A stretch of 64,000 nucleotides of DNA from a virus. Lineage: Duplodnaviria > Heunggongvirae > Uroviricota > Caudoviricetes. The position numbers were made by a program, and so were the translations under genes. This document shows, piece after piece, positions 9,644 through 19,817 of the stretch (positions are counted from its first letter, which is position 1; each line of letters begins with the position of its first letter). Below the pieces are notes generated by a model, which was given only the letters and a program-made list of their open reading frames with translations, made no database searches and had not been told where the DNA came from. The DNA lies in IMG/VR virus record IMGVR_UViG_3300020045_008999, positions 256,001 through 320,000 of that record. One strand, written 5' to 3'.

Positions 9644-10282
9644 ATGAACCAAGATATTATAATGAACATCAATCGAATTGATTCTGAATTGAAAAATTTA
9701 TTCGACACCGTTTCGATTACTGAAAAAAGCAATAATAAAGGATTCTATTTTGAGATTATAGCGGAATCTACTATTAATAATAAAAAATTCACACTAGTTA
9801 CCGAATTAAATCAAACGGATTTATTAGGAAATGTAATTAATTGGAATTATTTATCGGATCCAAGTATTTCTAATTCACTTACCGTAGAACGCACATCTAA
9901 TTTAGAAACAATACACTCAGATATGTTTGAAATTGTTACTAAAAAAAGGTTTGATAAAGACTATTTAAATAAATTAACTGAAAATTTAGAAGTAATTAAT
10001 GAATCTAATAATGGTCTAGAAGATGAAAATATAATTAATAAAATAAATAATATATTTATATATCATGATGTTGCACCTTTTTCCGATATAAAAAAAGAAA
10101 TTTCTTACAATGAAAATGTCAATATTTTTATTAAAACCCCATATAAATTAAAATTCACATTAAATGAACAGGTAAAGGATTCAACTAAGATTGCAATTGA
10201 ACAACAAGTAATGAAAATAGATTATATAGATTATATATCATTTAAACTTGACAACTCTGTAGAAATATCAGTAACTGAATAA
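9644..10282 (+). CDS. Hypothetical late protein
   Basis: 212-aa ORF directly downstream of 9426. Confidence 0.75.
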   Translation: MNQDIIMNINRIDSELKNLFDTVSITEKSNNKGFYFEIIAESTINNKKFTLVTELNQTDLLGNVINWNYLSDPSISNSLTVERTSNLETIHSDMFEIVTKKRFDKDYLNKLTENLEVINESNNGLEDENIINKINNIFIYHDVAPFSDIKKEISYNENVNIFIKTPYKLKFTLNEQVKDSTKIAIEQQVMKIDYIDYISFKLDNSVEISVTE

Positions 10283-10286
10283 AAAC

Positions 10287-10312
10287 AAAACTCACCAAAC
10301 GGTGAGTTTTTT
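10287..10312. terminator. Bidirectional intrinsic terminator
   Basis: AAAACTCACC-AAAC-GGTGAGTTTTTT. Confidence 0.85.
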
Positions 10313-10313
10313 A

Positions 10314-10979
10314 TTAAAATATAAATTGTCGAATATTATTACCGGCATACATTTTATGAAGTAATGAATCAGTTGAATTGTAAATGGGGTAATTATTTAA
10401 CGTTTTAGAGTCGTATAGTTTAATTGCTTCAATTCTTATACGCGCTTCCCATCCCATTAAAGAATCTTTATTTAAATCATAGGATATGTCCTGTATATTT
10501 GATAACTCTGGTAGGATATTTTCAAGTAATTTTTGCGCAATTACCAAACTACGATGTGCTAATTTTAATTTTTTTGGATCGTTATTTCGTAAATCTCGTT
10601 TAGCCACACCACAATATGATTTGATAATTTTAAAAGTTCTACACATGCTTAATATGCTTTCGGAATCCCAATTGCCACTAAATATTACAATATCTGAATA
10701 TATAGTACCATCTGCTAAAAACAAATTACTATAAAATTGTCGCTCAGTAGTCCATATATATTCAGTGTTACTATCAATGTCTGCATATTTAAATGAATGT
10801 AAATTAGGTAGATATGTTTGATCGCTTTCATCAAAAATTGAATCCCATTTATACATTCTTAAATAATCATAATCACTATTTTCATGATTGGTCCCAAATA
10901 ATCGAGAACCAAATTTAAATTCTTTGTAATCAGAACCACATAATCGCTGATGTTCGGCTAATGTAATTTCCATATTCAT
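10314..10979 (-). CDS. Pol-beta superfamily nucleotidyltransferase (RlaP/YcgL-like)
   Basis: FGSRLFGTNHENSDYD = GS-x-DxD signature; start more likely ATG 10979 or 10973 than TTG 11003. Confidence 0.8.
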   Translation of the reverse strand: MNMEITLAEHQRLCGSDYKEFKFGSRLFGTNHENSDYDYLRMYKWDSIFDESDQTYLPNLHSFKYADIDSNTEYIWTTERQFYSNLFLADGTIYSDIVIFSGNWDSESILSMCRTFKIIKSYCGVAKRDLRNNDPKKLKLAHRSLVIAQKLLENILPELSNIQDISYDLNKDSLMGWEARIRIEAIKLYDSKTLNNYPIYNSTDSLLHKMYAGNNIRQFIF

Positions 10980-11063
10980 AATAGTAAAATTTAATTCATA
11001 CAAATAAAGTAAACTTTTATCTAATATTATAATATATTTCTATAAAAAATAAATATAATAAAT

Positions 11064-11408
11064 ATGGAAACACGTACTATTACTGAAGTTAAGACATTTA
11101 AGCTAATATTAAACCCAATTCATGAAAGATGCGAACATGGCCAAATCGTAGTAATTTCAACAGATCGTGATAAAATAATAGAGTTTTATAATAATGAATT
11201 AGTTCCGGGTGGATATACTGATGAGGGTATCAATGCTTGGGACAATAGTGTAAAAATATGGCATAAGCAATTTCGAAGAAATGGACCACTCGAATGGTTT
11301 AACCCGGTAAGTGATATACTAAATGGATTAGACATGCACCACCATGGTATATCGTATGAATGGATTGAAGAAGACACATATCATAATACCACTATCGTTA
11401 AAGTATAA
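11064..11408 (+). CDS. Hypothetical protein
   Basis: 114-aa ORF; AAAC-N18-TATATT at 11011-11038. Confidence 0.75.
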   Translation: METRTITEVKTFKLILNPIHERCEHGQIVVISTDRDKIIEFYNNELVPGGYTDEGINAWDNSVKIWHKQFRRNGPLEWFNPVSDILNGLDMHHHGISYEWIEEDTYHNTTIVKV

Positions 11409-11520
11409 AAATATTTAATAAATTCGACAAAAATATGTATTGAAAATAAAAATAAAAAAAAAACATAAATTGATTACAAACTAAAAATATTTGTATAACT
11501 TTGTGAAAAATAATTAACAT

Positions 11521-12993
11521 ATGATCGAACTAAAGAACAGCCACGAGAAATTAACTGCAACGATTCAGCATATGCTGATCGATACTAAGTATTCGCTACC
11601 ATATTATGGTAACTTCAACCTTTTTATAAATTTTCACGCAAATAGTAATATGCCAACGGCTGGGGTTAATATGACTACTGCCGGGATGAATTTCTATTAC
11701 AATCCAGCATTCATCGATCGACTAAGTCAAAAAGAAGTAAATTTTCTTACCTTACACGAGGATTTTCATTTATTATGGGATCACCCTAAGAGAACATTAA
11801 GTGGTCAATATGATCACAAAATGTCTAATATCGTACAAGACATGATTATAAACCATGTTATATGGGAAGATATTAGTCATGATTTTGTTGAAATCCCGAA
11901 AGATGAAAGTGGTCGTAATATGGCACTCTTTGTTCCTAAAGAATATACTGGTAAATTGATTTTTGAAGTGTTATATGAGTGGCTGCGCGATAAGCGTGAA
12001 GAACACAATAAAAAGAAAAAAGAAAATCAGAGTTCTTGTAGTTCATGTGGTGGATCTGGTGAGAAAGAGAAAGAGAAAGGCGATAAAGGTAAACAAGAGG
12101 GTAACGGCGACGGAAAGTCTGATGAAGAGGGTCAGGGAAGTGGAAACGGAAGTGAACAATCTGATGGCGAATCTGAAAGCTGTCCAGATTGCAAGGGAAG
12201 TGGTAAAGACCAATCAACTGATTCATCTGGAAATCCATCATATGGTCCATTTGGACAAAACCCAAAAGGCCCTGGATCTATAGACACGTATTCATTAGAT
12301 CAAATTTTTGATAACATGGATAACAACAATGGAGAATACCTAGATCAACATATAAGTGATGAGGTTCCGGAAGAAATGAGAGAGGGCATGATTAAGGAAG
12401 CTCTTGATAAATTACAAGCAAGAGGATTATGTCCGGGTGACATTGAGGAAACACTAGGTAAGTTAAGGAAAAAGAAAAAAGATTACTTAAAACATATCAA
12501 AAGATGTATTGCAAACCAATTATTTGGGACTAAAAAAGTTAAATCAATTACTAGACCGAATCGTCGTGGTATTTTAGGGGTCAAAGGTTCCCGTAAAATT
12601 AAAAATAGAATCAATATCATTCTTGATGTGAGTGGTTCCATGTCTGGTTTAGTCGAGAGAGTATTGGAATATGTATATAAAAATGACGTTGAAATTACGT
12701 TGATCGAAGCAGACACACAGGTAAATTTTGTAAAGCATCTCAAAAATACTAAAGGCTTGGATAAAGTTCCAATTAAAGGAATGGGTGGGACTGTTTTACA
12801 ACCCGCCATCGATTATGTTATTGAAAATCTGAATTCCTATTCAACACTAATACTGACCGATGGATATTGCGACACATTAATTACCAGAGAATTAAAACAC
12901 CCAGTACTTATTATTTCAGCTGGTGTTGAAGTCCCGTTAGCCGAGACGAATAATAAAACCAAACAAATTGTTGTTGATAATGAAACAAGATAA
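11521..12993 (+). CDS. DUF2201-type metallopeptidase-like / vWA protein (partner of MoxR-like ATPase)
   Basis: PTAGV, HEDFH (HExxH), low-complexity linker flanked by CSSCGGSG and CPDCKGSG, MIDAS DVSGS, GMGGT, LTDG. Confidence 0.9.
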   Translation: MIELKNSHEKLTATIQHMLIDTKYSLPYYGNFNLFINFHANSNMPTAGVNMTTAGMNFYYNPAFIDRLSQKEVNFLTLHEDFHLLWDHPKRTLSGQYDHKMSNIVQDMIINHVIWEDISHDFVEIPKDESGRNMALFVPKEYTGKLIFEVLYEWLRDKREEHNKKKKENQSSCSSCGGSGEKEKEKGDKGKQEGNGDGKSDEEGQGSGNGSEQSDGESESCPDCKGSGKDQSTDSSGNPSYGPFGQNPKGPGSIDTYSLDQIFDNMDNNNGEYLDQHISDEVPEEMREGMIKEALDKLQARGLCPGDIEETLGKLRKKKKDYLKHIKRCIANQLFGTKKVKSITRPNRRGILGVKGSRKIKNRINIILDVSGSMSGLVERVLEYVYKNDVEITLIEADTQVNFVKHLKNTKGLDKVPIKGMGGTVLQPAIDYVIENLNSYSTLILTDGYCDTLITRELKHPVLIISAGVEVPLAETNNKTKQIVVDNETR

Positions 12994-12996
12994 ATT

Positions 12997-13028
12997 AAAA
13001 AAGACTGGTGTTACATCAGTCTTTTTTT
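12997..13028 (+). terminator. Intrinsic terminator
   Basis: AAAAAGACTGGTG-TTA-CATCAGTCTTTTTTT. Confidence 0.85.
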
Positions 13029-13240
13029 AATATTTTTATTTACATTTTTTAAGAGATGGATAACCATATGCATATTTATTAAGATGCCCTTATCGCCTAC
13101 ACTTCTACTGTATTAATCAGTAATAAAAATATTATAAAAAAATATAAATATTAGCTTGTAAATATTAAAATATTATTTACATTTGTGAACGAATTGATTT
13201 AATAATAAAAATAACTTAAATAACTTAAATTACCTTATCT

Positions 13241-14371
13241 ATGAGTACTAAAAAACAATCTACATTAACCCCTGAGTTGATTGCAAAACTTCAAACAATG
13301 TCTCCTCGTGAACAAAAATATTTCAGAATTATGTGGCCAAAGTCTGGTGTATTATATATTACTGCTAAACCAGGTATTGCGAAGTCTGCCATTGCAAAAA
13401 CAATAGCCAAAAAAATGGGATTTGCATACATTGATCAACGTTTGTCAATGAATGATGAAACCGATTTTAAATTTCCTTTCCTTACGGATGAATCGTATGA
13501 TGGCAACATTTTCAAAGTATCCGACACTGCCGTACCAAAATGGGCATTTGATGCTAATAAGCAACCAACTATTATCCACTTTGAAGAATTGAACCGTGCC
13601 CCGACCTTTGTAAGAAATGCTGCTTTGCAAATTTTACTAGAGCGTCAAATTGGTGACTTTAAGTTCAATGATAATGTATTGATGATGGCATCTGGAAACC
13701 TTGGTGAGGAAGATGGGGCTGATGTTGAAGAATTTGACTCTGCATTAAACAATAGACTTATCCACATATCACACACCCTAAGTCCAAAAGAGTGGATTGA
13801 AAATTACGCAGTGGATAATATACACCCATTGGTTTGTGACTATATCAGTACACACGGTGAGAAATTGGCACAAGATAAAAATGAAAACTCAAAAGCATAC
13901 GCAACCCCTCGTTCATGGACTTTCCTAAGCGATTGGATTGTTGAAAACTTTGGATATGATTCATCTGCTAGAGATTTCATCCCGGCCTTAACCGAAATTG
14001 CACATGGCTATATTGGGGCTGGTGCCAAGCGTTTTGTCCAATATTGTGAGGATATGGTAAACATTTCAATATTTGATGTAATTAATAATTACGATGGTAT
14101 TGTTAAGGAATTGGCAAAATACAATCGTGACAAAAAAGAAGAATTGTTACAATCACTTAAAGGGCATAAGTTAGGGGAATTAAATACTGCACAATTAGAC
14201 AATGTTGCAAAATTTCTAAAATCAATTTCCGACGATGCATTAACTGCCTATTTAATTTATGTAGTTGAAGAGTCAAAAGAAGTTGGTGTACAAACGGTTA
14301 AAGATTTCATGCGTACCCATTTTAGAGAAGAATTGATTCAACTTAACGACCGAACTATTGCGCAAAGTTAA
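13241..14371 (+). CDS. MoxR-like AAA+ ATPase (AAA_5 type)
   Basis: Walker A variant AKPGIAKS, Walker B IHFEELNRA, ASGN, DSALNNR, ATPRSW; TACATTTG box 13178-13185. Confidence 0.9.
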   Translation: MSTKKQSTLTPELIAKLQTMSPREQKYFRIMWPKSGVLYITAKPGIAKSAIAKTIAKKMGFAYIDQRLSMNDETDFKFPFLTDESYDGNIFKVSDTAVPKWAFDANKQPTIIHFEELNRAPTFVRNAALQILLERQIGDFKFNDNVLMMASGNLGEEDGADVEEFDSALNNRLIHISHTLSPKEWIENYAVDNIHPLVCDYISTHGEKLAQDKNENSKAYATPRSWTFLSDWIVENFGYDSSARDFIPALTEIAHGYIGAGAKRFVQYCEDMVNISIFDVINNYDGIVKELAKYNRDKKEELLQSLKGHKLGELNTAQLDNVAKFLKSISDDALTAYLIYVVEESKEVGVQTVKDFMRTHFREELIQLNDRTIAQS

Positions 14372-14380
14372 TACCAAATA

Positions 14381-14599
14381 ATGGTAATTAATATTGTTAT
14401 TATGCACCACTTGGGTGTATTCAAATCAAGTGAAATCACAATCGAATATGATGACTATCAAGAACTAATTGCGGTTTCTGATGGGTTTCACCTAAATGGA
14501 TATAACATGGCCTTAGAAAGTGGTGGCCATGTTATAATTCCACCGGGGGTGATAAAAGAATCTATAATGGTAATAAATATAATAAAACACGATGAGTAG
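14381..14599 (+). CDS. Hypothetical protein
   Basis: 72-aa ORF in operon. Confidence 0.7.
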   Translation: MVINIVIMHHLGVFKSSEITIEYDDYQELIAVSDGFHLNGYNMALESGGHVIIPPGVIKESIMVINIIKHDE

Positions 14600-15164
14600 A
14601 ACAAAATTAGTCATATTAGGGGTTTCGTATAATCATTCTGATAATGGTTCATGCATATTAGTATTATCCGAGGTACATGGTGAGCGTAAAATACCAGTAG
14701 TCATTACAACTAATGATGCAATCATATTAACTGAACTGTTAGAAGCTATTGATGATAATGTGCCAATTCTAAATGTATATACTACCTTTACTGAAGCTCT
14801 TAGTATGTTCAATGCTGACGTAAGGGAAGTTGTAATAACAGATTTCAGTGAGGGCATATTTAAATCATTGCTTGTGGTTGGTAATTACATTGAGGATTAC
14901 ACCGTCAACTCTAAGTTAGGTGATGCATTAATTTTGGCTACTTTAAATAAAATTCCAATTTATGCGAATGTGGATGTTCTTGATCGTACTGGTATACTCA
15001 TGTCAAATGAGGGAAATATTACTATGGAAGAGGATAAAGTAAATCGCCGGGAGCGTGGACCTTATTTACCTCAACAAGATTTAGAACAACAATTAGCGGA
15101 TGCAATAACCGCAGAAGATTTTGAAAAGGCGGCCCAAATTCGAGATCAAATAAATAATATGTAA
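14592..15164 (+). CDS. Bifunctional nuclease (DUF151)-like protein with C-terminal UVR domain
   Basis: LVLSEVHGERKIPVVI, EGIF, DALILA, IPIYA; UVR LEQQLADAITAEDFEKAAQIRDQI. Confidence 0.85.
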   Translation: MSRTKLVILGVSYNHSDNGSCILVLSEVHGERKIPVVITTNDAIILTELLEAIDDNVPILNVYTTFTEALSMFNADVREVVITDFSEGIFKSLLVVGNYIEDYTVNSKLGDALILATLNKIPIYANVDVLDRTGILMSNEGNITMEEDKVNRRERGPYLPQQDLEQQLADAITAEDFEKAAQIRDQINNM

Positions 15165-15190
15165 AGTTAGGTTAGATTAGGTTTATATGT

Positions 15191-15224
15191 AAAAAATGCA
15201 CTGATATTATCAGTGCATTTTTTT
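15191..15224. terminator. Bidirectional intrinsic terminator
   Basis: A6-TGCACTGAT-AT-TATCAGTGCA-T-tract hairpin between convergent genes. Confidence 0.9.
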
Positions 15225-15225
15225 A

Positions 15226-16713
15226 TTATTTTAAATTCCAGAACTCATAGTTCGTTGCGTGACTCATTTTGAAAATAGTTTCAAGAATCTGAATGTAGCT
15301 CGTGATGAATTTATCCACTTGATCACCCCCCACATTACTTATTTCGGTTTTCGAAAGTATATATAAATATCCGCCATCTTTTTGTAAATAGCCAATCGCA
15401 CGTTTTTTATTAATTGATGCTATATTCATCGTTGGTATAAATATTTCAGTATATAACACGAATGCTGCATCATCATTAACAAATGTAAAGTCTAAATCTA
15501 AGTGACTTACCCATTTATTATAGATTGAAATCCATTTTGGTAGGTCCTTGTAATTCTGTTCTTTAATTTTGGCTCGCTGTTCCAAATATTTGGCATTACT
15601 TGCTGCCTCTTTTTCCGCTGCTACAATTTTTTCACTACGAGGTATCCAATTTTCAATATCGACATTGTCTTTGATAGAATCCCATCTATCAGATATATCC
15701 TGGATGACTTCACTTATCTTATCATTAGATTGTGATTTAAATATGATATTTCCCTTTTCAGTCTTTATATAAATATTAATAAAATTCTCATCTACGGTTT
15801 TATAGGCCTTGTGGAATTTTTGTCCCACTTTTTTATCATTGTAATAGGATTGGTCTTTTTCAAAACCAATATTGACCGACCTACCGGCCAGACTATAAAA
15901 CGTTGCATGTGATGATGGTTTAGAATCTTTTGCTATTAATTTATCGTCCATGTATGCAAAAATGGCAACCGCTAATTTTCTGGAGATTGTAGTCTGTTCA
16001 GGACTGAAAGAATTATGGGTAGTTTTGACATTATGTTTCATTTTAATCACCTCAATGACATCAAATCCTTTTCGATTTAAAAAACATATTTGTTCAGGTT
16101 CGCGACTATTGATGACCGCAGTGGTATCCTTACGACTTTCATCTTCTATCGCATCATAGCCAGCTTTTAATAAAATATTACTTTGATCTGTACCACTCAA
16201 TATTTCATATTCACCAAAGTCAGATGAGAATATATCTACTTGAAGATTTTGAAAAAACATTCTTCCCCAATATCCAGAATTGCGTTTACCCAAACGTTCT
16301 GGGAAATATTTCTTTGTCAATACAAATGCTTCTTGTGACTCATAATATGTATAATTCAAAACACTTTGCATTTGTCGATAACAATCTTCTTCGGTGTTAA
16401 TTAAACTAAGGTATAATGTCTTACATCGATTATTTTTTTGCAAAATTCTGATATTTTCTGTATTTTGACCATACCAAAGATCAGAGGGGTAATTTAATAC
16501 ATATGCCAACGGATATGCATAATTACCAACCGGGTCACTATGATTTGGGCTATCATAGGCCGTTTTATCTAGCAAATCCCCTTTATGATTACTAAATTGA
16601 ACATAATATGACTTATCTTTAATAAGCTTTGCATATTTGCGTTTAAATTCGGTGAATTTTTTTGGGAATTTGTCAACATAATGCAATTCCTCATACATTT
16701 TTATATACTTCAT
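15226..16713 (-). CDS. Late protein with capsid-targeting-like N-terminus; possible ADP-ribosyltransferase fold
   Basis: MKYIKMYEE; PVGNYAYP, AGYDAIED, EPEQICFLN; own late motif TTAATATATAC 16727-16717. Confidence 0.55.
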   Translation of the reverse strand: MKYIKMYEELHYVDKFPKKFTEFKRKYAKLIKDKSYYVQFSNHKGDLLDKTAYDSPNHSDPVGNYAYPLAYVLNYPSDLWYGQNTENIRILQKNNRCKTLYLSLINTEEDCYRQMQSVLNYTYYESQEAFVLTKKYFPERLGKRNSGYWGRMFFQNLQVDIFSSDFGEYEILSGTDQSNILLKAGYDAIEDESRKDTTAVINSREPEQICFLNRKGFDVIEVIKMKHNVKTTHNSFSPEQTTISRKLAVAIFAYMDDKLIAKDSKPSSHATFYSLAGRSVNIGFEKDQSYYNDKKVGQKFHKAYKTVDENFINIYIKTEKGNIIFKSQSNDKISEVIQDISDRWDSIKDNVDIENWIPRSEKIVAAEKEAASNAKYLEQRAKIKEQNYKDLPKWISIYNKWVSHLDLDFTFVNDDAAFVLYTEIFIPTMNIASINKKRAIGYLQKDGGYLYILSKTEISNVGGDQVDKFITSYIQILETIFKMSHATNYEFWNLK

Positions 16714-18482
16714 TTAGTATATATTAAATTTCTTTTCAAAGTAATATTACCATATATTATGGATGTAATTTCAGTTGGTGCGTCAACGAAATCTAGAAGC
16801 ATGTTTGTATATTTTTTACATAACTGCCACGACCGGATGTGTGATGGGATAAAGCTATTTGGCACCACAATGCCAATTTGATAATTAGGACTTGATTCAA
16901 CTAGCTCAAAAACTCGTCGATAATTACTTCTGGATAAGTATATATTATCATAATCTTGTAGGTTAATATATTCTGGTCTTACATTGACAATAATTAAATC
17001 ATCTTCGCTAGGCATTAGTGTTATTTTATAGTTTGGAAAAAAATGACAATACTCAATTTTATCAGAATATAACATGTTATCCCATATCTTATAATTATCT
17101 TCTATTTCAGTAGCATCATCTACAATATAATTAATTATAATTAGTGCACTTTCAAATTTTTCTTTAGATTGAATGCTGCTGAATTCCATACTATGTCTAA
17201 TAGATAGCATGTGATTTCTCAATAATTCAATGGTGTTTGGATTTATTGATCCATACCCACTTACTGCTGACACAAAAGACCCCACTTCGATCGCATCATA
17301 ATTAAATTTATCCAAATATTTCACAATCATATCGGGGTGTATTTTGTCTAAAAAGTGCAATTTTGTGGAGTGGATGTTTCGACCAAACCCATTGTGGCCA
17401 ATTAATTTATAAGATAAATTAATTCCTAATTCAGTATCGATATCAGTGTCTAACACATCACCAGTATAATATCTCGTCAATGCTAGTGCAATTATACTCG
17501 TAATTCTTCGATGATCCAACCTACCAAAACTTAGCAATTTTATCACGAATTTCTTAATATCGGATACGTCACAGCCCGTAGCAAATTGTTCATATTTTGT
17601 GTAAGCAGTCTTATCATTTAATTTAGATAAAGGTATCTGTTTAATTGATGGTCGATATATCAAATTGAATAAATTGATATTGCATTTATTCAGTAATTTA
17701 CTAACTTCATTATGCCAATATGTATTTATTTTATTATAAGCGGAATGTACCACACCATCTCGCTCAACGGTGATTCCGATTTTAGAACTCGGGTCGTATG
17801 AGTCAAGTGAAAAATCATACCAAACAAATTGAATTCGGTTATTTGTATAATATTTATAATTGCTTTTACTGGTGACGATACACCAAGATGTATCATGTGC
17901 TAATTCTATAATGTCATTCTGGCTATCTACTTGCACTATCAACTGATGACCATCTTGATAAACAATGTGTGTATTGGTCAAATTGTTAATAACCGCAAGT
18001 ACTTTATCTAAGTCATGTACACTGTCTTTTAGAAAAAGAATAGCAGAATTACACATTTCATAAATAGTTTTGTATTTTGATATCTTATCAGTAAAGGTAC
18101 TTAAATGTGGATGTTTGCTCAATTCCAGTAAAATAGGATAATACGTTTTTATAGTACTTTTAGACAGTGACTTATAATCCGTTTTCAATACACTAGGAAG
18201 TATTGATATTACTTTATTGATAAATAAATCATCCTCAACGATTTGTATTAGATCTATAAGTTTTTCATACCCATGTTTGTATATATCTATCTTAATAGAT
18301 TTATCATTTAAGTTTCGGATTCTTGTGTATAAACTTTTAAAATCTTCAATATCAATATCATTTGAGAAAAGATATTCGGTAAATTTACCAATATAACCGG
18401 GGTGGTCTGAACATAACTCTTTCAAATGTTCAAATATGGTTAATTTCTTTTTAATGATAGATGCTGCCTGTTTTATACTCAT
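16710..18482 (-). CDS. Hypothetical early protein with SWCI motif (large-phage family)
   Basis: 590 aa, LAHDTSWCIV; TATATTTG at 18507-18500. Confidence 0.75.
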   Translation of the reverse strand: MSIKQAASIIKKKLTIFEHLKELCSDHPGYIGKFTEYLFSNDIDIEDFKSLYTRIRNLNDKSIKIDIYKHGYEKLIDLIQIVEDDLFINKVISILPSVLKTDYKSLSKSTIKTYYPILLELSKHPHLSTFTDKISKYKTIYEMCNSAILFLKDSVHDLDKVLAVINNLTNTHIVYQDGHQLIVQVDSQNDIIELAHDTSWCIVTSKSNYKYYTNNRIQFVWYDFSLDSYDPSSKIGITVERDGVVHSAYNKINTYWHNEVSKLLNKCNINLFNLIYRPSIKQIPLSKLNDKTAYTKYEQFATGCDVSDIKKFVIKLLSFGRLDHRRITSIIALALTRYYTGDVLDTDIDTELGINLSYKLIGHNGFGRNIHSTKLHFLDKIHPDMIVKYLDKFNYDAIEVGSFVSAVSGYGSINPNTIELLRNHMLSIRHSMEFSSIQSKEKFESALIIINYIVDDATEIEDNYKIWDNMLYSDKIEYCHFFPNYKITLMPSEDDLIIVNVRPEYINLQDYDNIYLSRSNYRRVFELVESSPNYQIGIVVPNSFIPSHIRSWQLCKKYTNMLLDFVDAPTEITSIIYGNITLKRNLIYTK

Positions 18483-18552
18483 AAGATAAAATTAAGCTAC
18501 AAATATAGCAAATATAATATATAAATGATATACCTTTACCCAAAATATAAAT

Positions 18553-19731
18553 ATGAAAATAGATATAAATAAAGTAAAGACAACCCCTGGTGATATGGGA
18601 TTCAATTTTTGTGTATTTGGTAACCCTTCCAGTGAAATCATAGACTGGGCACAGCATTGGGATTTTCAATTGGAAATGTCAGGTCCATATACTAATATTA
18701 TGTTAAATGATTCATTAAAAATTAGCGAAATTTTTAATGAACCAACCCAATACACCTATGTTGATGGGTTTAGTCCAAACTTAAATAAGAATTTACATGT
18801 TGGGCATTTTTCAAATCTAATTATTGCAAATGCTTTTCAGAAATTAGGAATAGGTGAGAAATTTATCGCAATTTTTGGCGACACTCTTAATGGTACGACT
18901 AATAAAGAAGAGGCATTGCAACAATACAATGAATACTGTTCGGAATTTGGGTACAACGTGGATGCTACATTCTTTGCATCACAGATGGTAATTGATGATG
19001 ACAGTATATTGAAGCCCGGTGAGGGTACTTATGAGGGCTCAAGGGTATTTGATCTGGGTGATGAAAAAATTGTAGGGATAAAGAGTTCTGGTGTAACTAC
19101 ATATTTTTACCAAGATGTTGCCTTGGCGAACAATTTGAATTCATCAACATTATATTTAACTGGACTTGAGCAAGAAAACCATTTCAATTCTCTTAAAAAA
19201 ATATACCCACACACGAATCACGTGGGATTAGGGTTAGTATTATTAGATGGTAACAAAATGTCAAGTAGTGAGGGCAATGTCATATATATGAAAAATTTCA
19301 TCAACGACCTATTACCATTGTTCGATAATAACATAAAACTGGTATATAATATTATTGCCGGCCAAATATTAAAATCACAAACTGGGTCTAATAAATCAAT
19401 TGATCAATCACTTATAAATAATCCTAAAATATCGCTTGGTCTTTACATGAGTTATACAATGGCCCATATAAAAAGCTGTGGTGTAGTCACTGTAGTTAAT
19501 GAAAATTTCATTTCAAAAGAATTGGAATTTGCCTACTTTAAAAGTAAGTTTAATTTAGCACCGTGCTTATTATTTATGCAATTGGTGAACCATTGTAAAA
19601 AGATTAATAAATTATATGAACAACTGCATATTAAAGGGAATGATGAACATATTAAAATATTTTCTGATTTAATATCTGATTTAGAATTAGGAATGTCTAA
19701 ATTAGGAATGTTTTCAATTGATAAGGTCTAA
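18553..19731 (+). CDS. argS: Compact arginyl-tRNA synthetase
   Basis: FSPNLNKNLHVGH (HIGH), KSSGVTTYFYQD, YLTGLEQENHF, GNKMSSSEGN (KMSKS-like), LYMSYTMAHIKS (DALR-like), LGM near C-terminus. Confidence 0.85.
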   Translation: MKIDINKVKTTPGDMGFNFCVFGNPSSEIIDWAQHWDFQLEMSGPYTNIMLNDSLKISEIFNEPTQYTYVDGFSPNLNKNLHVGHFSNLIIANAFQKLGIGEKFIAIFGDTLNGTTNKEEALQQYNEYCSEFGYNVDATFFASQMVIDDDSILKPGEGTYEGSRVFDLGDEKIVGIKSSGVTTYFYQDVALANNLNSSTLYLTGLEQENHFNSLKKIYPHTNHVGLGLVLLDGNKMSSSEGNVIYMKNFINDLLPLFDNNIKLVYNIIAGQILKSQTGSNKSIDQSLINNPKISLGLYMSYTMAHIKSCGVVTVVNENFISKELEFAYFKSKFNLAPCLLFMQLVNHCKKINKLYEQLHIKGNDEHIKIFSDLISDLELGMSKLGMFSIDKV

Positions 19732-19817
19732 TTAGAAAAGCAGACAATGTGTCATGTTTTCTCTATATGGTATAAAATTGGTATAACATCAAATATAAAA
19801 AATAAACTTAAATAAAT

